Positions 1 through 14,556 are shown, numbered from the whole stretch's first letter. The stretch is DNA of 63,123 nucleotides, filler included, from Rhabdomonas costata (GCA_019059605.1; 43 parts of 43 records of this genome joined end to end with filler, not necessarily neighbours in it); one strand, 5' to 3'. Notes: a model not told the origin generated them from the sequence alone. Translations and numbers: made by a program.

Positions 1-27
<27 letters not shown>
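1..27. repeat. (GT)n microsatellite at window start
   Basis: Perfect GT dinucleotide run. Confidence 0.9.
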
Positions 28-33
<6 letters not shown>

Positions 34-152
34 CATGTTTCGCAGCAACATTGTTTTGACGTGTGCGAATGAGTAAGTTAGGGTAGGTGGGTGTATGCAA
101 TCCAGCGGTGTAGTACACATTGCAACATTGCACTGGGAGATGCCCCGCACAC

Positions 153-1317
<1,165 letters not shown>

Positions 1318-1374
1318 TCACCTCAAAATTTTGGTCAGTTAGAGAAGACAAATCGATCGCCAGCAGGGGGCACA

Positions 1375-1474
1375 NNNNNNNNNNNNNNNNNNNNNNNNNN
1401 NNNNNNNNNNNNNNNNNNTTAATTAATTAANNNNNNNNNNNNNNNNNNNNNNNNNNNNNNNNNNNNNNNNNNNN
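1375..1474. other. Artificial contig linker N44-TTAATTAATTAA-N44 (first of 42, recurring every ~1.47 kb)
   Basis: Identical 100-bp spacer with stops in all six frames; flanking contigs are unrelated. Confidence 0.99.
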
Positions 1475-2690
1475 TGTGGTGGTGGTGGTGGTACTTCCGT
1501 GGGGAGCAGGATCGAGCTGGGCTGCGGCGACGCTGACCTCGGGGTGGTTGTACAAGAGGTCCTCCAGCCGTACCGAAGGAAGACTATTGCGGTGCCCTAA
1601 AAGCGAGAATAGCATTGGCCACTTTCGCCACACCAGACTTTACTGTTGTGTCTCAAAAACCTCCCTCTCTTGCGACCCCAAGTAACTAGAGGAGTGCGTT
1701 CAAGATTCATAAGCAATGAAGAAGCGGCGACGTATGAACGCAACGCAAAGTCCGAAACTCCAGAGTTTCTACTCCAGCAATTCGTTCGGGCCCGAATCTT
1801 CTCGGCACGTGTGACCCATGGAGGCCTTAGCTGCTTCTATCACAACATCCAATCCGCTCAACAGACCCAAACTCAAACATGTGAACAGGTTCATTTTAAG
1901 CAGAATCAGCGGAGGAACAGATTGAGCATATAAACCCTCACACACCTCCCCGCAGAACAGCCTCCCATCGGGATCCATGGCAAGGCACTCCAGAAGGCTG
2001 CCGTAGGGCACCCAACTCAGCCGGGCGACGGGCAGTCCAGTGACCCCGCTGAGCCAGTGCTGCAGGGCGGGCTCCAGAGTGTCCACGGCGAAGGTGGAGG
2101 CCACGCCAACCCCAAAGTTGGACTGGGAGGGGATGACTGCCCCACTCTCGCTACCCTTTGGCTGAGACGGAGTCACGGAGGGGAGAGGTGGACTCGCAGA
2201 CCTGCAGACGGGCAGGAGTGGGCTGAAGCTACAGAGAAGCTGAGCTCAGCAAATGGAGTCAGAAGGGAGTCCGGTGTTCAGGGGTCGCATAGAATTCGAT
2301 GGGTTACTAACCTGCCGGGAGGGGGGAGAGGCGGAGAAACAGGGAGCAGTGTTCCAGGTCAGAGAGGTGCCGACTCCCAGACTGATGAATCAGCCGCAAT
2401 CGCGGCAGTTGCATCCAGAGCAGCACAAACAAAGCAGCACCGTGCCCTGGATGGGGTTTTCAGATCTCTGAAACACGCACTGACGAAATTCCTGGCCAGC
2501 ATCATTAAGCATCTACAGCACACGCACCGCGGCACCACAGCAGGCGGCTTGAGCTCCTCGCCCGCCAGGAAGGGAAGGGTGTAACCCCGCACCTCTATGC
2601 CGGAGGTGGTGGACCCCGAGGACTCCTCGCGCAGCAAGTCAGCCGCGGGCAAAGCGGAAGGCAGCCCAGAGGAAAGTAGATCCAGACCTG
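1475..2690 (-). CDS. Probable exons of an unidentified protein (boundaries approximate)
   Basis: Three GC-rich minus-strand segments with protein-like translations, e.g. FAVDTLEPALQHWLSGVTGLPVARLSWVPYGSLLECL and SVRLEDLLYNHPEV; no family recognised. Confidence 0.35.
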
Positions 2691-2944
2691 TGTCCAGGAT
2701 ACCAACTCCCGTTTCACAGACAGAAAAGCTACGAAGAGTACACGGCATCACCGCAGTGTTCCAATCTGTTGAGAAGGCCCAGAGGAGCAGCAGTGCGTAT
2801 ATTGGGTGATTGGCAAGCTGGCAGGTGAATGGCACACACCAAAANNNNNNNNNNNNNNNNNNNNNNNNNNNNNNNNNNNNNNNNNNNNTTAATTAATTAA
2901 NNNNNNNNNNNNNNNNNNNNNNNNNNNNNNNNNNNNNNNNNNNN

Positions 2945-4316
2945 GAGCGCTGTTAGATTCCGGAGCTTCAGATTCGTTTATAAGTCAAGAAGTGGTGCAG
3001 AGATTCCGTTTGCAGAAGTACCCGTTGCAGCAAAGGCTCACGGTGAGAGTAGCGAATGGAGAAGGACTCCCAGTGACCCATTTTGTGCGAATTGTCGGGA
3101 AATTAGGTACCATGCCGATTAATTTGTTCTTGAGAGTGATTCAGACGACAATTTCAGTGGTACTGTGCTATCCGTTTTTGACGAGGCTTCAGCCACAGAT
3201 TGATTGGAAGCGTATGTGTGTCAAGGTTTGGAGAGGCGGAAGGATTTACGACATTCAGGCTCTTCCAGCAGTGTATTCTTTTAGAATTACGTGCCCAACC
3301 ACAGTGATGATGGAAGCTGAGCCGGAGGAAGTTGTTCCAGAGCTTCCACACATCGCTCAAGCACGGAAAGGGTCGGGGTTGTGCGAGCCCATGGTGGTGA
3401 CTGTTCCACAGGGTGCGGAGTCTCTTCCAGAGTTGATTCCAGAAGGTGCTATTTCCACAGTGGATGTGGAAGAGGTCACTCCGACTAAGCAGGACCAGCG
3501 AGCCATAGCTAGGGCTCAGGAGCCTAAGTGGAAGGTCAAAAGGAAGTTGCGAGATTCGCCCAGGAAGGAAGTAAAGTTAATTAAGGAGGTGGACCACAGC
3601 ATTTGTGGCCCCCTTGTGCGGTGTTACCAACACCTTCAGAGATCGAGAAGTTAAACCAACAAGTTGCGCACATCTTTCCAGCGTCAGTTCCGGGAGGGTT
3701 ACACCCTTCGAGGAGAACGGACCAGAGGATTGATTTGAAGCCAGTAAGGTACCAGCCCAGAGTCTGTACCGAATGTCACCGGGGGAAGATGAAGAATTGC
3801 GGAAGCAACTGAAGACTCTCCAGGAGCTTGGTTTTATAGAGCCAGCAACCTCGTATGGCGCAGGGGTGCTGTTAGTTTTAAAGGCCAACGGTAAGTTGCG
3901 CTTGTGTGTGGATTACAGACCCTTGAATGCGATTACTGTTACAGATGCGTACCCTTTACCAAGATGATTGATCACGCGGGAAAGGCGAAGTGGTTTTCCA
4001 AACTAGATTTGCATGCGGTATTCCATCAGATCCGCATTCATCCAGAGCATGTGAAGAGGACGGCATTTAAGACAAAGTACGGTTCGTTCCAATTCAGAGT
4101 CATGCACTTTGGGTTGTGTAATGCCCCAGCCACGTTCCAGAGAACCATGGACTTCGTTCTTGAGGATCTGCGAGAGACTACAGGTGCGTAAGTGGACGAC
4201 ATTCTCGTCCATACGGAGACCTTGGAAGCTCATGTGGAAGCTTTGCGGGTGTTGTACCAGAGGTTGGATAAAGAGAAGCTTTTTGCAACCTCTGGTACAA
4301 CACCCGCAAACCACCC
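2945..4316 (+). mobile_element. Degenerate Ty3/Gypsy LTR-retrotransposon pol fragment (aspartic protease + reverse transcriptase)
   Basis: Protease ALLDSGASDSF at 2947-2979 and VRVANG. RT motifs KLRLCVDYRPLN, AYPLPR, FSKLDL..FHQIRI, RTAFKTKYGSFQFRVMHFGLCNAPATFQRTMD. Catalytic YVDD reads TAA-VDD at 4189; several frameshifts. Confidence 0.95.
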
Positions 4317-7300
4317 NNNNNNNNNNNNNNNNNNNNNNNNNNNNNNNNNNNNNNNNNNNNTTAATTAATTAANNNNNNNNNNNNNNNNNNNNNNNNNNNN
4401 NNNNNNNNNNNNNNNNTTTTGTCTTGGACGTGGTGTTTTGCAACACTTCGTAAGGTTTGGTATTGAATTGTACACTTTTCTTGTACTTTGATTTCCCTTT
4501 TACATTTCAGCTGTGTAGTTGTGCTCTGCAGTGGAGTCGTGCTCCGGAGTGAAAATGGACGTTACTGTGGCGCTTCTGTTGGGAAGAATGCTTTGCGCAT
4601 CTCATTTCGTACCAACTGGAAGAGAACGTTCGTTGTGCTGCCGACCGGCTCTTCATAATTCCTTCGTTTTCGTGTGCGGCCGATGAAGTTTCGGTGTATT
4701 CCTTGGCCAAGAGCCCCCCCCCTGTTCACTGGTTTCTTTCGCGCTCTGGCCTCGGTCCCCTTTTGTGTTTTCGAGGTACCTACTGCACCGTTTCGCAAAC
4801 AACCGAGTTGAAAACTGCTCGAGGCTTTGGAAAGATGTGTGGAACCCACCGGCACTGCATGCCCCGGCTTCCAATTCATGTGACTGCGCAATTTTTCCTC
4901 TTCCTTTTTCCTCAATTTGACTTGCATCCACTTTGTGCGCGCCCTATTTTACCACAACGCGTGGCAGCTTTCTTCCGCCTTGACCCTCAGTGCTAGGCCA
5001 CAGGGGTCACTTGGCCGGAGACTGGGCAAGCGGAGAGCACCCGTTTCCTCCGGACTCTTCGCATCCATGCTTTAGCTGTCTGCCCCTCTTTCCCTTTCCT
5101 CCTCTCCTTCTCTGTACATAACTTTTTTCTTTTGTCCTTCTTAGAAAACAAGTTCGTTCGCGACGCGATGCGAAACTTTTGCCTGCGAGGAGTGAAGCTT
5201 CATTTCTCTTTTTGAAAGGGAGCAGCCGCCCGGAAATCGGTCTTACCCTTCATACCTGCCACCAAGCCATGCAAGGAATTCTTGAGTTGAAGGTGTATGG
5301 TGGTGCCATGCTTTCCTGCATTAGTGTGGTGAAAAGGTTTTTTGTCCCTCGGTCTGCGGCACCACTCTCAAAGTGTGGGTACCTGTTACCAGGTGGTCCC
5401 CACGCAAGCACCTGCGGCCCATCGGCGCATGAGTGCCGATGGTTTACACACAGACACGCACTTCACTATTGGAGCTCGGTATTCTCCCCGGAACTGTGGC
5501 TCAGCAAATAATAAGGCCAGAGCGGCGGATTCGTAAGAGATGGCCGTGAATACGACCGAGCTTACCGACTAATCAGAGCGGGCACAGGCATTGCGACCCC
5601 AGCATCAGGAGGTACGGCATGCGATGGGACACCGGTCGGTTCAAGACGATCCGTGTGGGTGACCCGGCGCAGCCCAAGGATCCCACTAGCGCCACAAACT
5701 CCCATCTACCATACCTGTTGGACAGCCCCTTGCAAGATCTGCTCCTGTTCACGCTGACCAACGGTGGGGTCCAGTGGAACAACAAACNNNNNNNNNNNNN
5801 NNNNNNNNNNNNNNNNNNNNNNNNNNNNNNNTTAATTAATTAANNNNNNNNNNNNNNNNNNNNNNNNNNNNNNNNNNNNNNNNNNNNTGTGGTTTTGGAG
5901 AAGGGATGTATTTTTTCGCGAGTTAGCGAATTGGAATTAGAGGTTTGTTACATTTTGGTGGGGTACATTTTGAGGTGATCTGGTGGAATGGGTGATTGTG
6001 CCGTTTGGTGTGGTGGTGCTGTCTGGGAGGATGGAGACGTTTCCATAGATTCCGGTGTGGTATGGACTGTTTTTGTAACCGTAGACGTGGCGTTATTTCC
6101 GACTGTAATTGAAGACGGGCTTCTGCGCAACTACCTTCAATCACACCAGGCAGAAAGCGGTATGCTTTTCAAAGTGGACCTGCGTCGATCCTGTGTTGGT
6201 ATGATGCCATGGACCACAATACCACTACACACGTTATGGTATTACATAGTTGTTAAACTACTACCATAGTCCACCACTGGCAGCAGCACCATAGGACATA
6301 CACCAGGACATGCCCTTACTGCGATGACACCACTGGGGTTGTGACTGGCTTGTATTGTGGCATGGTATCGTACCATAGCACACAATACCCTTAGGCTCAG
6401 TGCTGCTATGACCGCTATGCCGTGACATACTACTGCTATGGTTGCCAATGTTACCACAGGTTGGGTCTTGCCATACCGTTCGCTACTCCGGTGCTCGTGG
6501 AACCATAACTTAAGCTGTGGCTATATGTAAGATGCTGCGTGGCTGCTCATTATCACAGTAGGCTGCAAGACACAATTCTTATCCCTTACGCTAGATGCTA
6601 GATGAGGTCATACTCGTGTGCCAACCTGTGTTTACGAAATATGACTCGCCTCACCCTACCCCAGAACTAACGGCGCAGCTGTAGGATTTGAGTAAGGAGC
6701 ATAAGAACCTGTCAGATGCATACCCTTACCGTTCGTCCAAAGCCATCCTGTCTGGTAAACCGTCCTCTTATGAATCCGCATGTGTGCTTGTCGTACCGCG
6801 AGCTAGCTCGTTTTTTGCTCCTTGAGTGGGACAGTGTCGTTCATGTCAGCATTACCTGGGAGCCATTCCTCGGTTACCGGTAGATTATAGTAGTTGCCGC
6901 TTGCCATCCGGATGACCTTTCGTTCAGTCCTTCAAGTGCTTGGCTGAGCTGTCGATGTGTAAACTCGAGCGTCCCCTTCACACACGTAGGCTTGAATTGA
7001 ACTGACGAGGTCACTATTGCCCAATTCCTTCACTCACCATCTCAGCTCGGATATCCCGAAGGACATCAGGTGACCTTGAGGGATAAAAACACGACACCAC
7101 AAACCCACGCGGAAATTCAATTCACACCAACAAAGCAAGCCGACACCCTACGACACCACCATAGCAAAGGCCTGACACACATCCCACCACCTGAAGCCAC
7201 TTGCACCACAAGACACACCCCAATCTTACCCTCCAACGCACCCCATCCAAAACCCCACNNNNNNNNNNNNNNNNNNNNNNNNNNNNNNNNNNNNNNNNNN

Positions 7301-7514
7301 NNTTAATTAATTAANNNNNNNNNNNNNNNNNNNNNNNNNNNNNNNNNNNNNNNNNNNNGGTGGTTGGTCACAAGAACGATTTCAGGGGGAACACGGTGCC
7401 TTAGGATCAAAAAGAGCCCTCGGGCTAGGAGTGACAGATCGGTTCGAAATTGCTTGCGTTTTTGTTACTATTGAGAGGATGCTGTTTAAATTGAGATACT
7501 CTGCTTTTGTGCAG

Positions 7515-8283
7515 GAGGTGCTTTTCCGCTATAACACGTGGTTCAAGGTGTCACAGCGACTGGGCCCGGCCGGGAAGAAGTTTTTGGAGACCCAACTAAA
7601 GCGCCCCTTGGACCACGTCGAGGTGTGCATGTGTGTATGGATGCCCTAATGGGCCTGTGGCTGCATGTGGTGGACGAAACCTGGACTGAGTTCCCTTCTA
7701 CACCGTTAGTTTTTACCTTCAGCGCCTGGCACAGTTCGAGACTGCTGGCGGTGCCCTCCCTGCTTGAACTCAAAAGAAAAGCTTTCAGTACCCCTCGGTG
7801 CGGCATTGCCTGCTGGCCGCCTGCAAGGCGTCAGCGGGATTCTAACATTGCTCACGATTGCTGCCTCCCACCCTCCTGCAGACCACTCGCCCCTGCCCCC
7901 TACAAAAGGTCTTTGAGCTGGTGGAGGTCACGGAGGAGGAGGCCCGGGAGGCCACGGCGAAGGACCAGGCCCTGCGGACGCTCAACGGGGAGCGCGTGCT
8001 GCAGGCCCTGGAAAGGGGCAACCTGAACCGCGAGGCCCTCAACATGCTGCTGCTGGAGGAGCCCTGCGACGTCAACCTTAGGGACGGCCACGGGGAGCCC
8101 ATGCTTTGGGTGGCCCTGCGGGGCGGCCACGAGGAGGTCTTCCAGAAGCTTCTGCAGCGCGGTGCGGAGATCAACGCGAAAAGCCAGCACGGCCGGACCG
8201 CTTTGCATTCCGCCGCACTTGAGGGCCGAGCGGAGGCTGTGGAGAAGCTCCTGCAGAACAGGGCGGATCCCAATGTCAAAGAT
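7515..8283 (+). CDS. Ankyrin-repeat protein preceded by the C-terminal end of a putative ADP-ribosyltransferase (ART) domain
   Basis: Exon 7515-7622 EVLFRYNTWFKV...DHVE joins in phase 0 to exon 7909-8283 (VFELVEV... then ankyrin repeats GEPMLWVALRGGHEEVFQKLLQRGAEIN and GRTALHSAALEGRAEAVEKLLQNRADPN). Ankyrin call strong, ART call moderate. Confidence 0.8.
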
Positions 8284-10300
8284 GTATTTCTTCATGTTTC
8301 TTTGTCTTTGTGGCGGCGGGTTTTGACGTGAGGTCTTTGCGGGTCTGGCCATTGATTCAACCAGCATGCATCAGACATCATCACCGAAAGGCATTTCCCA
8401 TTCCTAAATTTGCGTACAGCGTGAGCACAACGTATTCTCACTGCCACAGGTTGTTATTTGCTTTGTCCTGAATGTGCCGCACTGGTGCATGTCCTCCGGT
8501 TCATCTGTGCCGCCCACTCACCTGAACGAATCACCACACCCGTACGTTTGGCGGAATGGACACCGCAAAAACAGTAATATTTTTTTGGGTTGCTTTGGGT
8601 GACTGAACTCAGATTTTCAGCCTAAACCTTGCTTCTCCACCGTGTACCCAGCAGGATTTGGGATGCAAATGGCAGCACAACCGCACAACCACTATTTTTT
8701 GATGGCACATCTTACCCTTACCACGACCCNNNNNNNNNNNNNNNNNNNNNNNNNNNNNNNNNNNNNNNNNNNNTTAATTAATTAANNNNNNNNNNNNNNN
8801 NNNNNNNNNNNNNNNNNNNNNNNNNNNNNTGGGTGGGTGGGTGCGGCCCGGAACATAGTACTTATAGTCTTCCTGCTGAGGTCCGAGGTAGGATACCGGT
8901 CCGGGGTTCGGGGTTGCCAAGTGAATGCCCCAACACTTTGTGGTTTATCACGAGCAAAATCGAGGGACGGGGCTAACACGCACATAAGGCAACATAAGGC
9001 ATCCCCCCTCACACCCGCCACAATTGGCAAGCCCACCGTCGGATGATCCCTGGGATCATCTGAGGAGAAGACTTTGCCTATCCCTCCCCCACTGGCATGC
9101 GCACCACACATACCCCTCAATGGTCACCAGGGTGTCGAGGCGGCCGGTGCCGTTGCTGAGCACGATGCCCTCGGTGATCTCGATCCCAATGAAGGCTGTG
9201 GTGCGGCTGCGGCGGAGGTTCTCCGCGGCCAACGCGCTGCGCAGACAAGGAGCAGCAGCAGCTTAACACCACTCGCCTTCCTTTCGAAGTGTGCTGGATG
9301 GTCACATGCCATTAAGCGGAAGCATTTTGCTTGCTGGTGCACGTGAATGTGACATGGGTGGTGGTAAGATCCGCCGGAGCTGAAGCTTCTTTGGATTGGG
9401 TGCGTCGTTGCGGGTCACTCTCTTCTTCTAATGGCGCTGCTGTAGGTGCGGCCACAGTTGTTGCGTTAGCAATCATGGCAACGGCGCTGTCGCATTGAAC
9501 GCGCTGGGGACAAGGTCTCTGATGGCCCTCTTGAAACGCGCACACATCATATTGCAGGTAAGAGCAGGGCAGCACACCTGGAGCGGGCCATGCGCTCATC
9601 GGAACGGAGGGAGCGGCGCTCCTCGGCTTCGTTCTGCTCCACACCCCACCGTGAGGCAGCTTCTTCCTGTAAACACAAAGACACGTAACGTATCCTCAAG
9701 GCCCCACTCAGGACAATGAACTTAATGTGGCGGCCGCTGCGGCCCTTGCGGCTGAACCACCAACCACCGCAATAGAAAGTATGGATTTCACCGTGAACCT
9801 CCCTGCTCGTGAGCTGAGTAGTGATTAAGTTCCTGGAGTTGGCTGGCCGGTGCACCGCAGCTGCTAGCTGACAGACAGGGCCTATCTCTCTCTCTCTGTG
9901 TGTATACAACTGGTGCACAAAACAGGTGCACAGAGTGGTTCTGTGTCGGCATATGCGTATGACAACCAGGGGCTCGATTATAAAATCTTTCCGGGTATTT
10001 GCTCGGCCCTACTTTGCTTTGCGCACCTCCCTTTACGTTACTCCCGCTCCATGAAGGACCCCGTGAAGAGAGGAGAGTAAGCCATTCGTCCAAAGGAGGG
10101 GAGGGGCAATTCTTTCTTGCAAAGGCCCAAGATGTATTGGGTGCTCCACCGCGCTCCACGGCCTCGTGGGTGCTGGAGGTTGGGGGCGTCACACACACCC
10201 NNNNNNNNNNNNNNNNNNNNNNNNNNNNNNNNNNNNNNNNNNNNTTAATTAATTAANNNNNNNNNNNNNNNNNNNNNNNNNNNNNNNNNNNNNNNNNNNN

Positions 10301-10460
10301 CAGTCAAAACCACTCAGAAACTAGTCAAAACCACCGCGAAACCAGTTAAAACCAGTTGAAATTAGCTAAAATCACCATACAAAACCAGTGACAAATCAGT
10401 CAACCCAACACAAAACCATACAAAACCAAACAAAACCACTGAAAACCCACCCCGAACCAT
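10301..10460. repeat. Degenerate short tandem repeat (AAAACCA-core units)
   Basis: Recurring cagtcaaaacca / aaaccagtt / aaaacca units. Confidence 0.5.
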
Positions 10461-11771
10461 ATACGCCGACACCTCCCAAACGCGGAATTGCGGATTTAAT
10501 ATTCCGGGATTCATATTAACCGGGACCCTGCCCAGCGAAGCTACAGAGAAAACTGACAGAGAAAGGGTGAGTCAAACACATGTAGTGGGAGTTACGGAAG
10601 CTTCTGCCAAAATGGACAATGTTTCGGGGCAATTGAAGGGTCATCCACGAGGAGGTGTGATGGCATAGTTGCCCAAATCCTATCTTTTGTTTTGCCACTC
10701 TGGCCATTTGCAAAAGAGATTTGGACATAGTAACCTCCCCAGGGGGGAGAGAGCACTCATCGCGTGTCGATCCTCCATGGATGGATGCGCATTCGATGTT
10801 TTCCCTGGCACCCCCGCCCAGCAGCGGATTTTTGGAGTTTCCAGCCAAGTGCCGTCCGCAATTTAAGCGCAGGGACGCGGCCTCGAAACGCCTCGCACCC
10901 CAATCAGAGGTTTAGCTCGTCGGGGGCTCCTTTGAGGCTCACGAAGAGGTCCCTTGCTGAGCCTTGTTCAGCTTAGCCAGGATCTCCTCCACGGAGGAGC
11001 CCACGATGGAGGAATCCGCGCCGCTGCCCGCCGTGGGAAAGGGGAAGAAGGGGCACCGCGGCATTGGCGGGGGCTCGTCGTCGTCCTCCTTCCCCTTGCG
11101 GGCCGACCACAGCCTCAGAGAGAGCACTCTGAGGACGGAGGATCAGCATCAGGAGGATAAGCGAACAATGGCACGGATAATCCGTCGAGCACAGAAATAA
11201 GAGAGAGTGGTGATACCAAAACCCTTCTTCTTTGGAACGCATTGTTTTTACGTTGTGCAGAAGTAAGCGAAATTTCAGGGAAAACATGACTGTCTAAACA
11301 GAATATGAGTAGTCCTGGGCAGTAAATTCGGTACGTCTGTCTGCGCTGGTTAACGTGGTGTACCAGTGTCGGCAGCCCATTTAAGAAGTACACGCCAGGC
11401 CGAATGGATGCATCCCCTTCTTGATCACTTTGTTGAGCCCACCATTTAATGAGAGCATGAATAGCATGAGCAGTAGTAGTATAAGCAGTCTAAGAATAGT
11501 TAAGAATAGTTACAGCGATAGTAGTAATATAGTAGTATCAGCATGAATGATTCCCTCCGTCACAGATGCTCCATTGCGAAATAATTGAAGGCCAGCTTTC
11601 TTTCAGCAGCCGCACTTCTTCGGCAAAGGCAAACCATAGCTTCCTTTTGAGAACAAGCATGACCACCCCCCNNNNNNNNNNNNNNNNNNNNNNNNNNNNN
11701 NNNNNNNNNNNNNNNTTAATTAATTAANNNNNNNNNNNNNNNNNNNNNNNNNNNNNNNNNNNNNNNNNNNN

Positions 11772-13142
11772 GGGTTTGTTGATTTCGTCGAACTGGCCCC
11801 CGGAGCGTGGAATGAAGGCGTAGCCTGTCGCGCCGCCCTCCCCCACGAGGAGGTTGGTGAGCAGGAATGCCCCCGGGGCGTAGTCCCCTTCGGTGCAGGT
11901 TCCCATCACAACCTGTAGATGGGAAAGTGGCAGAACTGGCGCATTGTTAGCACAATTGCGGCGGCGCGCAGCATCGCTCAGAATTTGGCATTGGGCAGGA
12001 CTGCGGTGATGTGAAGGCATGCATAGCCCAGAAAAAAAAAGAGAGAGGGGTTCTTGCCACGATATTGCATCCACCACCTCCCCACCGCCAGGTGGCCATG
12101 CACGCAAGGGGACTTTGCAGAGGCAGCGGTCAGTTGGCATTGCTCGAGGCCCGTGCTACACACTAAGTAAAATACCTGGGTTTAGGTGGAAATGCACGTG
12201 CACGCCGGTTATCATTGCTGCGAACAGGCTCCATATTCTTCTCGTTCTCCGGTGCCACTTCAACGAAATCAACGAGATTCCCAGACATTGCAAAACTTGA
12301 GGAACACGTCCCCGTTCAACATGCAACAAAAGAGCGCCTCCCGTCCCACGGGAATTATATGGTCCACCCGCACTGCTCGAATCAAAAGGTGAGCGAGAAC
12401 GGCCAGGGAAGGGGGGGCGGTGGAGGAAGGAGTGAACTGCCTTGATGGCGTCCTTTCCGACTCCCGCCTGCAGTCCAGTGCCGTTGACCCACAGTTGAAG
12501 GGTCTTACCAGAGGTTGCGGTGGCAGGAGAGACCCAGAACGACCTCTTCGACCATGGCCCTCCCACATTGACCATTCCCAGCAGGCTCCATGACGTGGCT
12601 CCGGTGTACAAGTAGCACACGGCGAAAACCCCGCCCCACCCGAAGGTCGCCGTCCAGGACACGGAGGTGGCCGATTTCTCGACCGGAATCGCCGCAGTGG
12701 TGCCCGGGGCCAGAACCCTATGCTCACACCCGGGAAAGGGGTTTTGCAGTGTCAAAAACTTGATCACGCCATAGTCACAAGCAGCGGTTCAGGGTTCATG
12801 GGCTCCTGTCTTTTTGACCAGAGCTGCACACAAAGCTGAGAGGGTAATCGAGGGCGACGTAATACTGGTTTGCATGACGGGATAGCGGAGTTCTTCGTCC
12901 CCAAATCCAAAACAGGGAGGAGTCCTGCCGGTCCAGCAAAGAATGAGCCATGCACACCCCGAGGTGCAGTTCCCCACCATGAGCTGCACCACGTCCTCCG
13001 GGCTGAGGCCGAACCCCGGCAGGGTGAACGTCACCATCACCGTCGCCAAGGGAGGCGAGGGCACCGTGGAAAAGCTCGTCGAGAAAGTGGGCCCCGGTAC
13101 GGCCAGGGCGTCCAGGGTCAGCCACCCGCCTTGGTACGGGAG
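11772..13142 (-). CDS. Large repetitive, probably extracellular beta-rich protein (three exons, partial)
   Basis: Exons 13142-12958, 12717-12441 and 11912-11772 join in frame. Internal repeat: GP..F.T.PSPP...FTLPGFGLSPEDVVQLMVGNCT vs GP..F..SPATA...LWVNGTGL...KDAIKVVMGTCT, plus a VCY..W..LG.V.V motif. Confidence 0.7.
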
Positions 13143-13598
13143 NNNNNNNNNNNNNNNNNNNNNNNNNNNNNNNNNNNNNNNNNNNNTTAATTAATTAANN
13201 NNNNNNNNNNNNNNNNNNNNNNNNNNNNNNNNNNNNNNNNNNGGGGGGGGGGGGGTTGCCTGTGCCTGTTTGGAAACGTTGAGGGGTTGAGTGTTTTTTC
13301 CGTGGCTGTGGCGAAAGAAACGAGAGCTGCCATTCCGTGCGATGTCAAAGCTAGTACGCCCCCTCTACTGTGTTCGGCGTTGGGTACGCGCACTCACTTG
13401 AAGAACGTGAAGGTTGCAGTGACATCCTCACCCCTTTATTTTTTATTGCGCTTCCTTCCTTTAGTTGTCATGAGCTATGTCTCGGGGGAATAGCTTGGTG
13501 TCTTTCCTTTTCGCTTCGTTCTGGGGGCCAATGGAAGGTTCAGTGACTGAGCGTTCTCATATAATTGGTGTTCGCAATAAATGCACGCCTTCTCGCAG

Positions 13599-13784
13599 TC
13601 CATCGTGAGCCTGGCGGATACCAAGCTGGGCTCCTTCATGGGCAGCAGCATGAATCTGGGGCTGGTCGAGGCCCAAACGGACACCCAGTCCCACCCGCGC
13701 AACAGCGGCGACCAAAGGAATTCCGTGGGCAGCGGCAGCGCCCCGACCCCACACCGCGGCGCAGGCTCCCCGGCCTTGTGCAAG
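13599..13784 (+). CDS. Probable exon, low-complexity linker of an unidentified protein
   Basis: Acceptor ttctcgcag, GC3-rich codons, SIVSLADTKLGSFMGSSMNLG... Confidence 0.4.
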
Positions 13785-14556
13785 GGTGCTGCGGGTCACG
13801 GACAAAGCCGCGCTGCTTTGAAGCGCAGAAGCACACACGGAGCCACCGGCGTCGGAGTCCCTCGTGTGGTCCGCCGCGGGGTGTGTCCGTACCTTCGCTC
13901 CCTTCACCCCTACATCTGCATACAATGCCGTCACATCGCTTTTCCCGGCAACTTGAGTTCTGTCCGCCTGCTAAAAGTGTTCTAGCGGTGGAACCCTTAC
14001 CGCAATTGACCCCTCGAAGATTTTTGGTTCGTTATCGGTGTCTGTTGGGAAGAAGGCTGTTTTTGACACAGGTGTGAACAAAACGCGGAAAGAAAAGTTG
14101 CATCGGGTGCATCAGGTGCATCGTCCAAAAAGAGAAACGCAGCTGAAAGGGGTGTCCATGCAAGTGGCCCCATTCCACGCCCCATTCCCTAACCCAACGG
14201 CTCAAAGAAACGGACGCGTTCATAGCGCGCATCGGAGGCACGTCGATGACCGGTAACAGAAACTGCAGCGGAGAGTTCTGCTGGTTGGGGCTGCGCCAAC
14301 CACACCCCCGCACTTTAGAGGCATCGAGAGCGTACAATGCACTGGACGACTGTGGCGTCAGCTTCAGGTCCCTCTTGTGTTGAGATCAGGACAACCCTTT
14401 TTTCTGTAGGAGGGCTGTCCAGACTACGGGTGCCACTCAAAGCGGACAAAGACCCACTCACACTCACACACGAGTAAAAGTGTCAACCCACACGTGGAGA
14501 AACGGCGGCCTCGGACACCGGTACTAATCGCGGTCTGGTGCGGTATGCGGTGGCAG

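Noticed and set aside
5888-7258. Possible degraded retroelement
   Set aside because: No RT, integrase, protease or gag motif found in the frames I read.
9124-9236. Minus-strand exon ALAAENLRRSRTTAFIGIEITEGIVLSNG as a PDZ start
   Set aside because: Probably an exon, but too short to support a family call.
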